Shown here: in pieces, positions 13,015 through 24,905 of the stretch
How the letters are laid out: each line of letters begins with the position of its first letter
Position numbering within the stretch: the first letter of the stretch is position 1
Assembly (NCBI RefSeq): GCF_039654945.1
Contig: NW_027361788.1
Span: forward strand, 6,634,001-6,698,000
Direction: 5' to 3'
DNA length: 64,000 bases
DNA from: Dendrobates tinctorius
Taxonomy: Eukaryota
Notes under the pieces: model-generated
The model's input: only the letters and a program-made list of their open reading frames with translations
What the model was told of the DNA's origin: nothing
Databases searched by the model: none
Program-made: the position numbers and the translations under genes

Positions 13015-15250
13015 GCTGATGGTGGTTCTGATGCCATTTTCCTGTATGTATTGTGGTTCTGCTGACGACGTATTCATGTACTGATGGTCGTTCTGGTGTT
13101 ATATTCATCTACTGATGGTCACTGTGAAGACATAGTCATGTACTACTGGTGGCTCTGGTGGTGTAATCATGTAGTGATGATGGTTCTGTGCTCTCTTCAC
13201 CACCAGAACCATCATCAATACATGAATACGAAATTAAAATTACCATCCATACATAAATACAATACCAGAGCCATCAATAGTACATAAATATAGCACCAGA
13301 ACCATTAACAGGAAATACATGGATCACCAGAACAAGAATACATCACCGGAACCACCAGAAGTTCATGAAGAAGACACCAGTGCCACTATCAGTACATGAA
13401 TAAGGAACCAGTGTCACCATCAATACATTGAACACATCACCAGAAACATAATCAGTACATGAATACATCAACAGAACTACCATACACTCCCTGACAGAAG
13501 TTATGTCGCTTTTCCATGTTATTTAAATAAAAGCTTATAACCTGACGTTAAATTCATCCATTGGTTGTATAAATTATTCTTTTGAAAGCTGAAACCCTCT
13601 GAAATGTGGTTTAGGTTAAGAAAATAGAGTGGCATCAATGCAGAAATATTGATCATTTAATGGACACAGAATGGTCAGATTTTGGCAAGACAAAAGTTTT
13701 GTCGGCCACAGAAAGTAATGTGATATTCAAACAAATAATTAACTTAAAATACAAATATATGTTGCATAACATTGGTGAATGAAGTTGTGGTGCTATTAGA
13801 GTCATATTTAATATTTTGTGTGACTTCAATGAGCTTGAAGAACTGCATCCAAGCGGTTCAACAATGATTCTTACAATTTATTAATGAAGTCATCAGGAAT
13901 AGCAAAGAATGCAGTCTTACATGCCTCCCAGAGTTCATCTAGATTCTTTGGTTTTGTTTTCCAAGCTATCTCTTTCATCCTACCCCAAACATGCTCAATG
14001 ATGTTCATGTCTGGTGACTGGGCTGGCCAGTCCTTGAGCACCTTAATCTTTTTTTTGCCTGAAGGAACTTTGTTGTAGAGATGGATGTATAAGATGGAGC
14101 ACCATCCTGCTGCAGAATTTGACCTCTTTTATGATTTGGAATATAAGAGGTAGCTAATAATTTTTGATATTTTAGGCTATTGATATTGCCTTCCACCTTG
14201 CAAATGTTTCGCACACCCCCATACTGAATGTAACCCCAGACCATGATCTTTCCACCACCAAATTTAACTGTTTTCTGGATGTATTTTGGATCCATACAGG
14301 CTCCAGTAGGTCTCCTGCGGTATTTGCGGCGGCTGTGGTGTAATTCTACTGAAGATTCATCAGAGAAATCTACCTTCTGCCTCTTTTCCAGCGTCCATCT
14401 GTTTAGCAGGCTGTGGGACTTTGCAAATGCCACACTTTTTTTTATTTGCCTTTTGTTTAGTGCTGGCTTCTGGGCACTGATTCAACCATCGAGGCCATTT
14501 CGAGACAGAATCCTACAAACTGTTCTAGTTGACACAGGGACTTGAGGTGACCAGGCCTGTTGGAGATCTGCTGCAGTGGAAGAGGGGCTTGCTTTGGATT
14601 TTCTAGCCAACAAACGTTCCTCCTGAGCAGTTGTCTTGCGGGGTCTGCTGGACCTGGGCTTGTCAAACACATCTCCAGTCTCTTTGAATCTTTTTTAATT
14701 CTTTGTACTTGACACTGAGACACATTAAAGGTGCCAGCCACCTCTGCAGTGGATCTGGTCTTCAGCCTCTTGATAATCCAGGCTTTGGTAGCAAGGTGGA
14801 TTTTTGGCATGTTGTCAGAGCTCAAATTGCAGCTCAGTTTATTTTTATACACACCCACTAATTAACCGATCATTTACTGAGCACAGGTGAGGATGTAAAC
14901 TAGGATTGGGTGCATTATATGATCAGGCGACAAAACTTTTGTCTTGCCAAAATCTGACCATTCTGTGTCCATTAAATGATCAATATTTCTGCATTGATGC
15001 CAATTTATTTTCTTAACCTTAACCACATTTCGGATGTTTTCATCTTTCAAAAGAATAATTTATACAACCAATGGATGAATTTAACGTCAGGTTATAAGAT
15101 TTTATTTACACAACATGGATAAGCAACATAACTTCTGTCAGGGAATGTAAGTACATAAATGAGGCACCAATGCCACCATCAGTACATGACTACATCACCA
15201 GAGTCACCAACAGTACATGACAATATCACCAGAACTACCATCAGTACTGG
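13015..15250. repeat. Degenerate about 31-bp tandem array in head-to-head orientation, split by the Tc1 insertion
   Basis: Units like CATCACCAGAACCACCATCAGTACATGAATA at 13197-13482 and 15150-15250. Reverse-complement units (TATTCATGTACTGATGGT.GTTCTGGTG) at 13015-13190. Confidence 0.7.
13485..15147 (-). mobile_element. Full-length Tc1/mariner transposon, about 220-bp TIRs, frameshifted transposase (DD35E-like)
   Basis: TA TSDs (13483-84, 15148-49). TIR CACTCCCTGACAGAAGTTATG / CATAACTTCTGTCAGGGAATG, with inverted identity extending 13485-13705 vs 14927-15147. Minus-strand pieces MPKIHLATKAWIIKRL, RPRKTT, DFSDES, TVKFGGGKIMVWG, QQDGAP, WPAQSPDMNIIEHVWG. Confidence 0.93.
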
Positions 15251-15371
15251 ACTAAATCATGAAGCTTTGCACAGAAATCCATTGTGATGTCAACTCAGAC
15301 CCATATACAATTGTATCTCATCAACCTACAACTCCAAGTATGCCATTAGAGAGAATCTGTGATGTAAAATA

Positions 15372-15885
15372 ACAAAATGAATCCAAACAACCCTGAGGAT
15401 AGGGGAAAAAAGGGAACAGCGCCGTGCACGATCTAAGTGCAGTAGAAACTAGGTGTAAATTGCATGCTTATATAACTGCACTCACCTAGTCATAGGCGAA
15501 AATGAAGCATTGAAAGGGGATTCTACAGGAATCCAAGGGGAACGGCCTGCAGCTCGGCTGACTGGGCACACGGAAAAGGCCCTCAGACATCCGTGGTAAA
15601 ACAATAGATAGCAAGGAAAATCCCAGTATGTAGCCGGCATTCCCGTATAGAGATTCTCATAGATGTTATAAAAAAATCAGCTTTTTCGAGGTAAAAAAAA
15701 TACAGGACAACGCTTTGGACTCCTACACCCTGGAGTCTTCTTCAAGTCATTAAAAAATAAATAATGTATCAATGCGTTATCCTGTAATTTTTTTTACCTC
15801 AATAAAGCACATGTTTATATATAACATCTATGAAAATCTCTATACGGGAGCGCCGGCTACATACTGGGATTTTCCATGCTATCTA
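15372..15885 (-). mobile_element. Short Penelope-type inverted pseudo-LTR element with a degenerate hammerhead
   Basis: 10-bp direct repeat ATGTAAAATA at 15362-15371 and 15886-15895. Inverted arms 15605-15713 / 15774-15885. Minus-strand GAC-TTGAAGA-AGACTCC-loop-GGAGTC-CAAAGCGTT-GTC at 15706-15748. Confidence 0.65.
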
Positions 15886-18149
15886 ATGTAAAATATCTAT
15901 TAACCAGCAAGAAAGGATTGTAGCTGCAGGCGGCTGTGAAACTCGCTTTGCATACTATTTGATATACTGTCTATTTATGTCTGCTTTTCCATCTGCTTTT
16001 CTATTCTGTACAGCAATGGGCTTTGGACAGCGCAATGTCACTGCATCGTGCCATCCGACGTCCCTTGCGTGCGCCTTCTCCAACAAGGTGCAGGCCAGGA
16101 GTAGTTCGCATTTTACTGGAGTTCCCGGCAGAGCATGAGGCTTGACACTCTTGCTTGTTTACTCCTGTAACTGTGAGAGGACGCAGGGCTGTAGTCGTGG
16201 CTCTCAATTTGGGTGTTGTTGCATACTGGCCCTCAGTCACACAATGTCCAGTTGTAGCGTACCTTTTTTTCCACTTCCCCGTCCGTCTGGATCCTCTCCA
16301 GTCCACTGAGGGTTTTTTTCTTGGGGTTCCACACAAATAGAGACAGAGTCAAATTCCAGCTTAAAACAAACGATTTTACTCAATTCCTTTCTCAGCTCGT
16401 CCAGTTCACATATAGGTGCAGCACAAGATACTTCACAAGACACAACATTTTCTGTCCCTGTGCTGTCCCTCACTTCTTCAGGAATATTGCAGGGTCACAC
16501 CATTGTCCCTGGTACCAGAGCATTCTGTCTGACCAGTCTGACTAACTGTAGAAGTTCCTGGTCCATTTCGCCCTGGACACACAGGCGTCTTCCTATGTAG
16601 CTGACAGCCACCATGACAAAGCTGCCCTGTATTTCTTGGTTTCACTTGGCTTCACTAGCAATCATTACTTCTAGGCCCTGGACTAGCTGGGCTCCTTTAC
16701 TTGCAATAATGTTACAGGGCTCAACTGCCCTGTCTGGGCTCCCAGACCCTACTAACTAAAAACAGGAAAACCTTCTAGCTTATCCAAGTTGGCCCCTCCT
16801 AAGTTAACTAGTTCCTTTCCTACACCTATTGTTATAATACACTGCCCCCCTCTAGTGGGCTAATCTACTCACTACACTTTCCCTACAATACAATATATAT
16901 GTATACACATTGCACTACACAACAGCATTACATTTCACAGTAAGTTTACCAGTTGTCCAGGAATGTAAGAACACAGACAAGGAGGGAGAGTGGGCACAGC
17001 TAATCCCTGCCCACCCCTTACATAACCGGCGGCGCTCATAGCAATTGTCTTTGCGTCTGATAGACGAGGGTACAATTGCATGCAGGGAGGGAGCGATGGC
17101 TGGGGCGCAGACAACGGGGAGAGTGGTGTCAGTAACTGACACTGCTCACCTGAGAGCCTGTGTCCTGCCAGCCACTGTGCTCAATGCACTTTTTTTTCTT
17201 TCAACTTGTGCTCCTCCCTTGAGGGAAAAAGGAGGTAGCTCTCTAGGCTGGTGCCTGCCCCTTGTTCCTCCCCTGGACCAGATTAATTGTTAATAGGTCT
17301 TATTTAATTGAAAAATAGCACTGTTCCAACTTAAAACTGGTTGAATATCATATGGCTCTTGCATATTGATTATGGCTTCCAATCAACTGCATTTAAAAAA
17401 CCTCCCACCATAGCTCAACAGGTCCCATTGACCTTTAATGGTTGTTGACAAGAATAGTACTGCATATATTAATGCTAATGTGAACATAGCCTTACATTAC
17501 CTGTAGCTTTAGAATTTATTTTTCTCTAGCTGTTTGTTGTTGCCTCCATTTAACGACCACATAATGCCATTCGATTGTCCAGGTAGACCACATTGACTTA
17601 TAATGGGTGTTGCATTGCCAATGAGAAGAGCTGCAAGCTCTAATGTAAATGTGAGCATAGCCTGATATTAAATGATTATGACTCTGCTTATATATGCATT
17701 GTGGTTTCCATTAGGCCCTCATATATCGGAGTTTAGAAGTGCCCAATGGACCCCATTAACTTATAATAAATATTGTTGTGTTGACAGCAAGTATAGTGCT
17801 GCATGCTCAAAGTAAATGTGAAGGTAGCGTTTCACTTATACTACCTATATCTTAAGGATTATTTCTTTCTCTAGCATTTAATGTTTGAAAGAAAAGTGAA
17901 TATTGTCATTGAAATGCAGGTTACCAACCTGGTCATATTCCTTAGAAAACTAGTCATTTCTGGCTTGCATTGTTTACTAGCCTGTGATTTTCTCTGGAGG
18001 ATGACTGTGTGAATGGCAAATATATCAATTCTTGGTGAAGTAAGTTTTCATTAACATTCTCCAAATTCCCCATCTCTTTATCCATGCTTTTTTTTGTGAA
18101 GTCGCAAGATTTTCTACTTTGTTTTGATCTATGTTTTCTTCTCCCAAGC

Positions 18150-18215
18150 ATGAGATCACAAGGCTTTATCTCTGCAATTGTCGACATCCTGAAGATTCTA
18201 TTCAACATCTTGATG
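18150..18215 (+). CDS. ADGRD2: Adhesion GPCR (ADGRD2/GPR144-like) first coding exon, signal peptide
   Basis: ATG at 18150 gives MRSQGFISAIVDILKILFNILM (22 codons, hydrophobic), then donor GTAAGT at 18216. Phase 0 joins the next exon to make a signal-peptide-like MRSQGFISAIVDILKILFNILMVCGVCIC. Possible upstream acceptor TTTCTTTCTCTAG ends at 17874. Confidence 0.7.
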
Positions 18216-18989
18216 GTAAGTTAGACATTACTATTTTAAGGGGAAGAGTAAATTCCATCTGTACAAATGAACCTCTACTAACCCTACTTCTGTGGTAGCA
18301 GCACATTGCTGTTCTCGGTCCCTAACCCATCTTATAATAAGCCACATTTTAAAATGCATCACTCATGGTAGAACTTTAATTTCCTCGCTCCTCTTGCATT
18401 GACCAAATTGCGCTGTCCACCCGATTGCTTTGCACTGTCTACCCGATCGCTTTGCGCTATCTACTCGATTGCTTTGCTCTGTCTACCCGATCACCTGGCA
18501 CTGGCCACCCGATCGCCTGGCACATCCTCCAATCTTTACTTTCTCTGTTTATGCCATAAATGTCTACTAGATGTGATCCCACATCTTCCCTTGCTTGCTG
18601 TATTCAGAACAACCATAGCTGTGTGGAGAAAACAAGCACAAATGTGGCCACCTCTTTCATTGTGGTTGAGCACCCGTCAGAACAGGAACTTAGGGGGACC
18701 CTCATTATGGAGATAATTGGTGGTCTTAGAAGAGGCATCTAGTAGATAAATGTCATTCTGCAGCTATGCCATAAGTGAAAACCATAATGATCCTATGGCA
18801 ATTTAATCATATCGTGATCAAGAAGTGTTTTAACAACATTATTAATAAAACCAATTCTTCATTGACTATAAATATTAAAACCATACATGAATGTTCTAAA
18901 AAGGTGCCCCAAATCAAAACAGAAGGGTTATACAGCGCAATAATGGATTTCCCAGTACACACAGTTTAACAATGCTTATAGATAATTTG

Positions 18990-20830
18990 GGCAGACACCT
19001 GGATGTTCGGGTTCGGCTGAACAGTTACAAAAAGTTTGAGTACCAGAACAGTACTCGGTACTAAACCCGAACCCGTGTCCTATTCACTTGAATGGGGGGC
19101 CCAAACATCTAGTATTTGCCATGCTGTCATGTGCATGACAGCGCGGCAAACACTGCTTCTGTTCAGTAGTAAAATCATCACCGCAGGTCAGAGAGCCATG
19201 GTTTCTATGTTGTCAAAGACAGCGTGAGTGTGCAGCTGTGATCGGGAGGTATAAAGTTAACCACCGGTCACTGGTGTCGACTGAAGGGAGTATTCATTAG
19301 CCGGCTCCTGCTCTTTAAATAAAAAAAATAAATAAAAAAAACGGCATGGGTTCCCCTGTATTTTTGTTAACCAGCCAGGCAAAACTCAAAGATGGGGGAT
19401 GCAACCTTCAACTGTCCGCTTCAGAAAGGCTGTTTATTCAGAATAGAGGGGTCCCCATGTGGGGAGGTTGAACTGACAGACAAGTCTGCCTGTGGAGAAA
19501 GGCAGAGGGATAGCGCAGTATAGGCTGAGATACAGAGAAAGGGGTGTCATGTGGTAGTTTGACCATTAGAGGGCAGTGGGGAGTGTAGGAGAGAGTGACT
19601 GTGTAACTGCCATGGGTCAAAGTAACTGCCATTGGTCAAGGTAACTGTCAGGTGATAGTGGGCGGAGCTACCAGGACTGGGAGTATAAAGGCTGAGGGAA
19701 GGTTCTGGAAGGTCGAGTCAGCCAGGGGAGCTCACTAGAGAGGAAAATCTGCCGTAGAGAGAAAGACGGTAAAAGCCTTCAGAGAGTAACTGACAGTGGA
19801 GACGGTCACGGGGGGTGATCCAAAAGGACAGTAGCCGCAGACGGAGACAGTCTGGGGGTACCAAGTGGACGGTGTACTTTGATGGGTGAAATGCTGTGGT
19901 GGAAGTGCCTAGGGCAGCCACGGTGGGAAGAGCCACAAAGGACGCCACGACGGTGAAACTAAGAAGTGAAGGTACCTGGGTCTGTGAGCAAGAGAACAAT
20001 GAAATTCCTGTGATGAAGTGCTGTGGTCGTCAGAGAGGTGGCCAATAAAAATGGACCTTTTGAATATAACTCCTGTCTCTGTCTCGTGTCTGTCGGCGGC
20101 AAGAAGTGGGTTACCCCCATTCCTGTTGGATCATCACTCCCCCCACCTATCCTACACCCATGCCATATTTTTTAATTATCTAATTAAATTAAAAAAAGGC
20201 ATGCGTCCCCCCCCAATTTTGATGACAAGCCAAGCTAAAGCTGGCAAGTGGGGTTCATATTTGTAGGGTTGATATCACCTTTGTATTGTCCGGTGACATC
20301 AAGTCCATGGCTTAGTAATGGAGAAGAGTCTATAAGTCACCTATCCATTAATAATCCTAGAGTTATATGGTAAATAAAGACACAGCCAGAATTAAGTCTT
20401 TTATTTGAATTGAAACAAAACACAGTTTTCCATTTATATATAAAAATGACAAACACAGTTATACTCACCTAACACCTGATTCTACTGAATCCTTTGTATC
20501 CTGTAATCAAACTAAAATAAAAAAAACAATATCCCTCACCTGTCTGTCGTTCTGTCCCACTCTGTAATCCATGTCTGGAGGATTGAACAATTTTCAACCT
20601 GCACGGTGCCAAGATGCTACCGTCCAGGCTGAGAACCACTGGTGAATGAGCTGCTGCGAGTGCAGTAACAGTGGCTATCGATGACGTCATCGAGGTTACT
20701 GCAGGTCACTGAGGATGCATTCCCAGCTGGCCAATGAACTGCGATGACCTCTCCACTGTCAGAAGGTCTCAGAGTGCAGAGGCGAGTTGAGTTCATCGGA
20801 AAAATTTCAATGCGGTGAATTTGAACCTGA
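18990..20830. mobile_element. Non-autonomous hAT-like element (decayed), host of a solo LTR
   Basis: GTTCGG/CCGAAC subterminal motifs and CCTATTCACTTGAATGGG core, as in the hAT ends at 32487 and 41652. Host sequence continues across the LTR (GGGTCCCCA|CCCATGCCAT). Boundaries approximate. Confidence 0.5.
19458..20156 (+). mobile_element. Solo LTR (699 bp)
   Basis: TGTGGGGA...TCCTACA termini, 4-bp TSD CCCA (19454-57, 20157-60), GC box GGGCGG at about 19660, TATAAA at 19684, AATAAA at 20044. Confidence 0.8.
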
Positions 20831-21408
20831 ACAGTAGCATGATTGTGATGTCACCAAAGGTCCTGAACCAGTCTCTACACTAGAAGCTTCACTGATAATG
20901 CTATTATGAGTGAAGCTCCTGCTGTAGAAGCTAGGGGTCCCAAGGGCCTGGTCTGCCCTGCCCTAACACCGGCCCTGCAAGCCCAGCTACAGAGGTGCAG
21001 TGATGATGCCAAAATGAGCGGCACGCATGCTTGAGATTTGCATGAGTTAGTGATGAGGCCGGCTCATAAAAATGTTATCACTCCCACTGGGGTGCGAGAG
21101 CATGGAAAGAGGGCTGACTCTTCTGGGAAAACCAACGCCCCATTGACTATTCAAAGCCCTCAGTAGAAATCAAAAAGCTGAGGTTAAAATGGCTTTATTT
21201 AAACATGGATTTCAGAGAATAGTATCATACAGGACTAGTTAGAAGGGGAATTTAGTCATATATATGTTAACACTTGCTTGGTTGGAGGGGACCTGTTAGG
21301 TTCCCTTTAAACATATATTTTTCAGCCAGAAATTCATATAGAAACGAAGCCAAGTACAAAGCTGCATTTGAATATTTTATATTATTAATTCCATCCATTT
21401 TGTTACAG

Positions 21409-21466
21409 GTGTGCGGTGTTTGCATCTGCTGGAATAAGCTAGAAGTAAACCAGACCAGTGTTGCCG
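21409..21466 (+). CDS. ADGRD2: ADGRD2-like coding exon 2
   Basis: Acceptor TTTTGTTACAG, donor GTAGGT, 58 nt, phase 0 to 1. Encodes VCGVCICWNKLEVNQTSVA(G), including an N-glycosylation sequon NQT. Confidence 0.7.
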
Positions 21467-22603
21467 GTAGGTAGTTCCCCCAGTTTCCCTTCATATACTT
21501 TTGTAAGGTGATGTTTCTTGGTCTTTTTTTGGTCTTACATTATACAATGTGCATATTGGAGCAGGTTTCTTACTTTGTTGAAGAGGCAAAGAAAAATTAC
21601 CAAGTGATGTACACGAACCACAGTTGATGAATGTGTATATAGACAATATTAATAAAAACCAAAGAAAATATAGCAAAAATAATATTTATTATAAATTCAG
21701 ACACAATATGCGACTACAATGAATAAAAAACATGTAAAAATGTTATAATATGACAAAAGGCACCCGTAGGTGTATTAATACTCTAATAGCATATTATATT
21801 AATCTCACCACTGTACACAAGGGGTTTTTGTATAGAATGTAAATTCGGCATAAATAGTCAAGTCCCCAAATAAAGCAACAGAAATGTGTAAAAGTGCAAA
21901 GAAAAATATATATTTATAAATGCAATAATAAAATTGACAAATGTGACTGTATCCAAATATATTATAATATAATACTCAAGCTAGGAATCAAAATCTGAGT
22001 GCAGTTAATTTTTATCTGGGTGCTTCCACAGCCAGCAGCTGATTAGCGTGTCACCAATTTGATATTGCAGACTTGACTTGATAATATCTCATCAATATTG
22101 TATCACCTGACAAATCCTTTAAATCCCTTTTATTTTGGGCTAAAAAAAATTGTTGCATTTAAGTTTAATTTTTTAATTTTGCTCAATTTTTAGTTTTTAC
22201 ATTTATTTGTTCCCCTGGACATTGTTTGCTGCAGAATGAGTAGTCTAATAACCAGCTTGCTGGTACTTTGGTGTTTTTTATTGTTTTAACTAACTTTTTA
22301 TGACCTCCTGTGTGCTTATTTATGACCACAGACCACATCCAAGGAGAGCTAAACTTTGATGTGGTCAGAAGTTAAGTCAGAACAAGCTCAATGATGGATT
22401 TCTAGTGAATTCATTCCGCATCCAGTAATTCGCAGGGATCCATAAAATCTGTGCAAAATGTTTACTGAAACCCAATCCCAATTTTTTTAATCCAAAATAT
22501 AAGCATTAAAGTAGCAGAAAATGTAACTAGTCACTTAAGATGTTCATATTCTTTATTAAATTGACAGGTACAAAACACATTATTTCAATTCTTTTATTTC
22601 CAG

Positions 22604-22801
22604 GAGCTAAATCCTTTGATAATTTCATTGAAACCAGTCACGCAGTATACGAGTATGTCAGCAAACCGCATAGTTACAAGCAAGCTGAAAAATACTGTGA
22701 GTACAAATTTGCATCTCTGCTTTCTGAAACAAGAACATTGCAGGACCAAGCTGGAAACTTAGTTCAATTCCCTATTTGGCTGAAGGAGGAGAAGAAGCCA
22801 G
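22604..22801 (+). CDS. ADGRD2: ADGRD2-like coding exon 3 (N-terminal half of a C-type-lectin-like fold)
   Basis: Acceptor TTTTATTTCCAG, donor GTAAGA, 198 nt, phase 1-1. Encodes GAKSFDNFIETSHAVYEYVSKPHSYKQAEKYCEYKFASLLSE...FPIWLKEEKKP, resembling the recalled GPR144 N-terminal segment (Y..V....SW.QA...CE..F..L). Confidence 0.8.
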
Positions 22802-22953
22802 GTAAGATCACATTGGTAGATAACTTGTCATGTTATATTAATAGTAGTCTGAAAGAGGTTTACACACTCAACATTGTAATTGCAACACTAACAAGAAAGT
22901 CAGGTTATTATGGATGGCTATTATAGACATGTTAACCCCTTTAAGATATGAAA

Positions 22954-23275
22954 GAGCAAGAAAAAAACAGCTCACCCAGGCTGTAGTTGTTATGAAGCAA
23001 AGATTCCAAGAGACCACTTGTGAATGACAAAGAAAAGAAGCAAAATTCAGCTTCATAGAATTCAAAAAAGTTAAGGACAGCTAAAAACACAATACATTTC
23101 ATGGATGGATACAGCAATGCGTTTCAAACACACACACTGCATTGTTTATCAGAGCTGTGAAAAAGAAACGCAGTTTGTGTGCTTGAAACGCGTTGCTGTG
23201 TCCTCCAACAAAATGGATCATTTTTATTAGCTGTCCTTGAATTTTTTTTAAAATTTTCTGAAGCTGGATTTTTCT
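22954..23275. mobile_element. Short Penelope-type palindromic element with two degenerate hammerhead cores
   Basis: Inverted arms about 23041-23152 / 23159-23272. GAAACGCGTT on + (23185) and CTGATAA...GAAACGCATT on -. Candidate TSD GATATGAAA at 22945-22953 and 24330-24338 (beyond the CR1 insert). Confidence 0.55.
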
Positions 23276-23276
23276 T

Positions 23277-24313
23277 CTAATTTCCTTCTATGACAGAATC
23301 ACTGACTGGGTGGATCAGGGAAATGCTGTAGATATAGTATATCTTGACTTCAGCAGAGCATTTGACAAAGTATCTCACACCATCTTTACTGAAAAAATGA
23401 CTAAGTATGGTATGGAAAAGGCAACTGTTAGGTGGATTCATAACTGGCTTAGTGATTGGACCCAAAGAATGGTCGTAAATGACTGCACATCCAGTTGGAA
23501 GAATGTGTCAAGTGTGGTACCACAGGGTTCTGTCCTGGGCTCTGTATTGTTCAACATCTTTATCATTGATTTAGATGAAGGAATTGAGGGTACACTGATT
23601 AAATTTGCTGACGACACAAAGCTAAGAGGGATAGCTAATACTAGAAAAAAGATATAGAGGATTCAAAAAGATATTAATAAACTGGAGCAGTGGGCAGCAC
23701 CTAACAAAATGTTTTTTAACAAGGAAAAATGCAAAGTACTACATTTGGGCAATAAAAATGAAAAAAGCATATACAGAATGGGAGGAATAGGGCTAAGTGA
23801 GAGCACATGTGAAAAAGACTTGGGTATACTAATAGATCATAAACTGAACATGAGTCAACAGTGTGATGTAGCAGCAAAAATGGGATGTATTAACAGGTGC
23901 ATACAGTCTAGATCACATGAAGTCATTATCCCCCTTTACTCCTCTTTGGTCAGACTTCATCTCGAATACTATGTCCAGGTTTGGGCACCTCATTTTCAAA
24001 AAAGACATCAACACATTGTAGAATGGTCATCTGTATTCTCATTTGCACAAGGAAATACTAGAAGCAATGGGATGAAACTGAATGGGAGGAGACACAGATT
24101 AGATATTAGAAGAAACTTTTTGACAGTGAGGGTGATCAATGAGTGGAACAGGCTGCCACGAGAAGTGGTAAGTCCTCCTTCCATGGAAGTCTTCAAACAG
24201 AGGCTAGGCAGACATCTGTCTGGGATGATTTAGTGAATCCTAATTTGAGCAGTGGGTTGGACTGGATGACCCAGGAGGTCCCTTCCAACTCTACCATTCT
24301 ATGATTCTATGAT
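23277..24313 (+). mobile_element. 5'-truncated CR1 LINE (ORF2 reverse-transcriptase C-terminus, pseudogenised)
   Basis: [49 protein letters not shown]1 3' tail CCTTCCAACTCTACC(ATTCTATG)2ATT. Frameshift, stop and internal deletion. Confidence 0.95.
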
Positions 24314-24338
24314 TTTTTTTCTCCTACATGATATGAAA

Positions 24339-24905
24339 ACAAACGTCAAAAAGAAGCACTTTAACTACGGCCAAAGTAACCAATTTAAAATATAAGTTCA
24401 TTGAAAATTCATAGAAAATAATATATAAAATGTAAGACAAAATACCACAGGTACAGAAAAAAGAAAAGTGGGCACATCGGGGAATAAGTAATAGCCATAA
24501 CAGTTTACAAAACTCCAAGTAATAAACAGTGTCCGTTGATACAGACACTGAATGGTAATCAATTACCACATTGTACATAAACATTTTCAATGTGAGTACA
24601 GCATTAGTCCAGTATTCCCTAGTACATACAGCACATTATAATTACAGTCACAGGGAAAATGAGGATATATTCTCAATGCGTCAGAAAGCAATGGATAATA
24701 GGACAGATCGCTTTGCTCCATTTCCTAGAATATAACCGCATAGTTGCAGAAGTACATACAATATAACATAGGTGTAAGGCAATGCAGCACAGTCAGAAGC
24801 CTATTATGTAACTCAAGGACAAAAGGAGGTATATTTACCTGAGGGCAGCAACCGGGGACCCACCACACCCAACGCGCATTTCTCTCTGAAATTCTTCGTC
24901 ATCCT
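24339..24905 (-). mobile_element. Penelope pseudo-LTR remnant
   Basis: Minus-strand TGACGAAG...GAAATGCGCGTTGGG degenerate hammerhead near 24868-24902, then a splice-donor-like CAGGTAAAT and a T-rich tract, as in the other Penelope-type pieces. Confidence 0.45.

Noticed and set aside
15919-16919. Possible solo LTR (TGTAG...CTACA)
   Set aside because: Composition is LTR-like, but the flanks (GGAT / CAAC) give no TSD, so the boundaries are unsupported.
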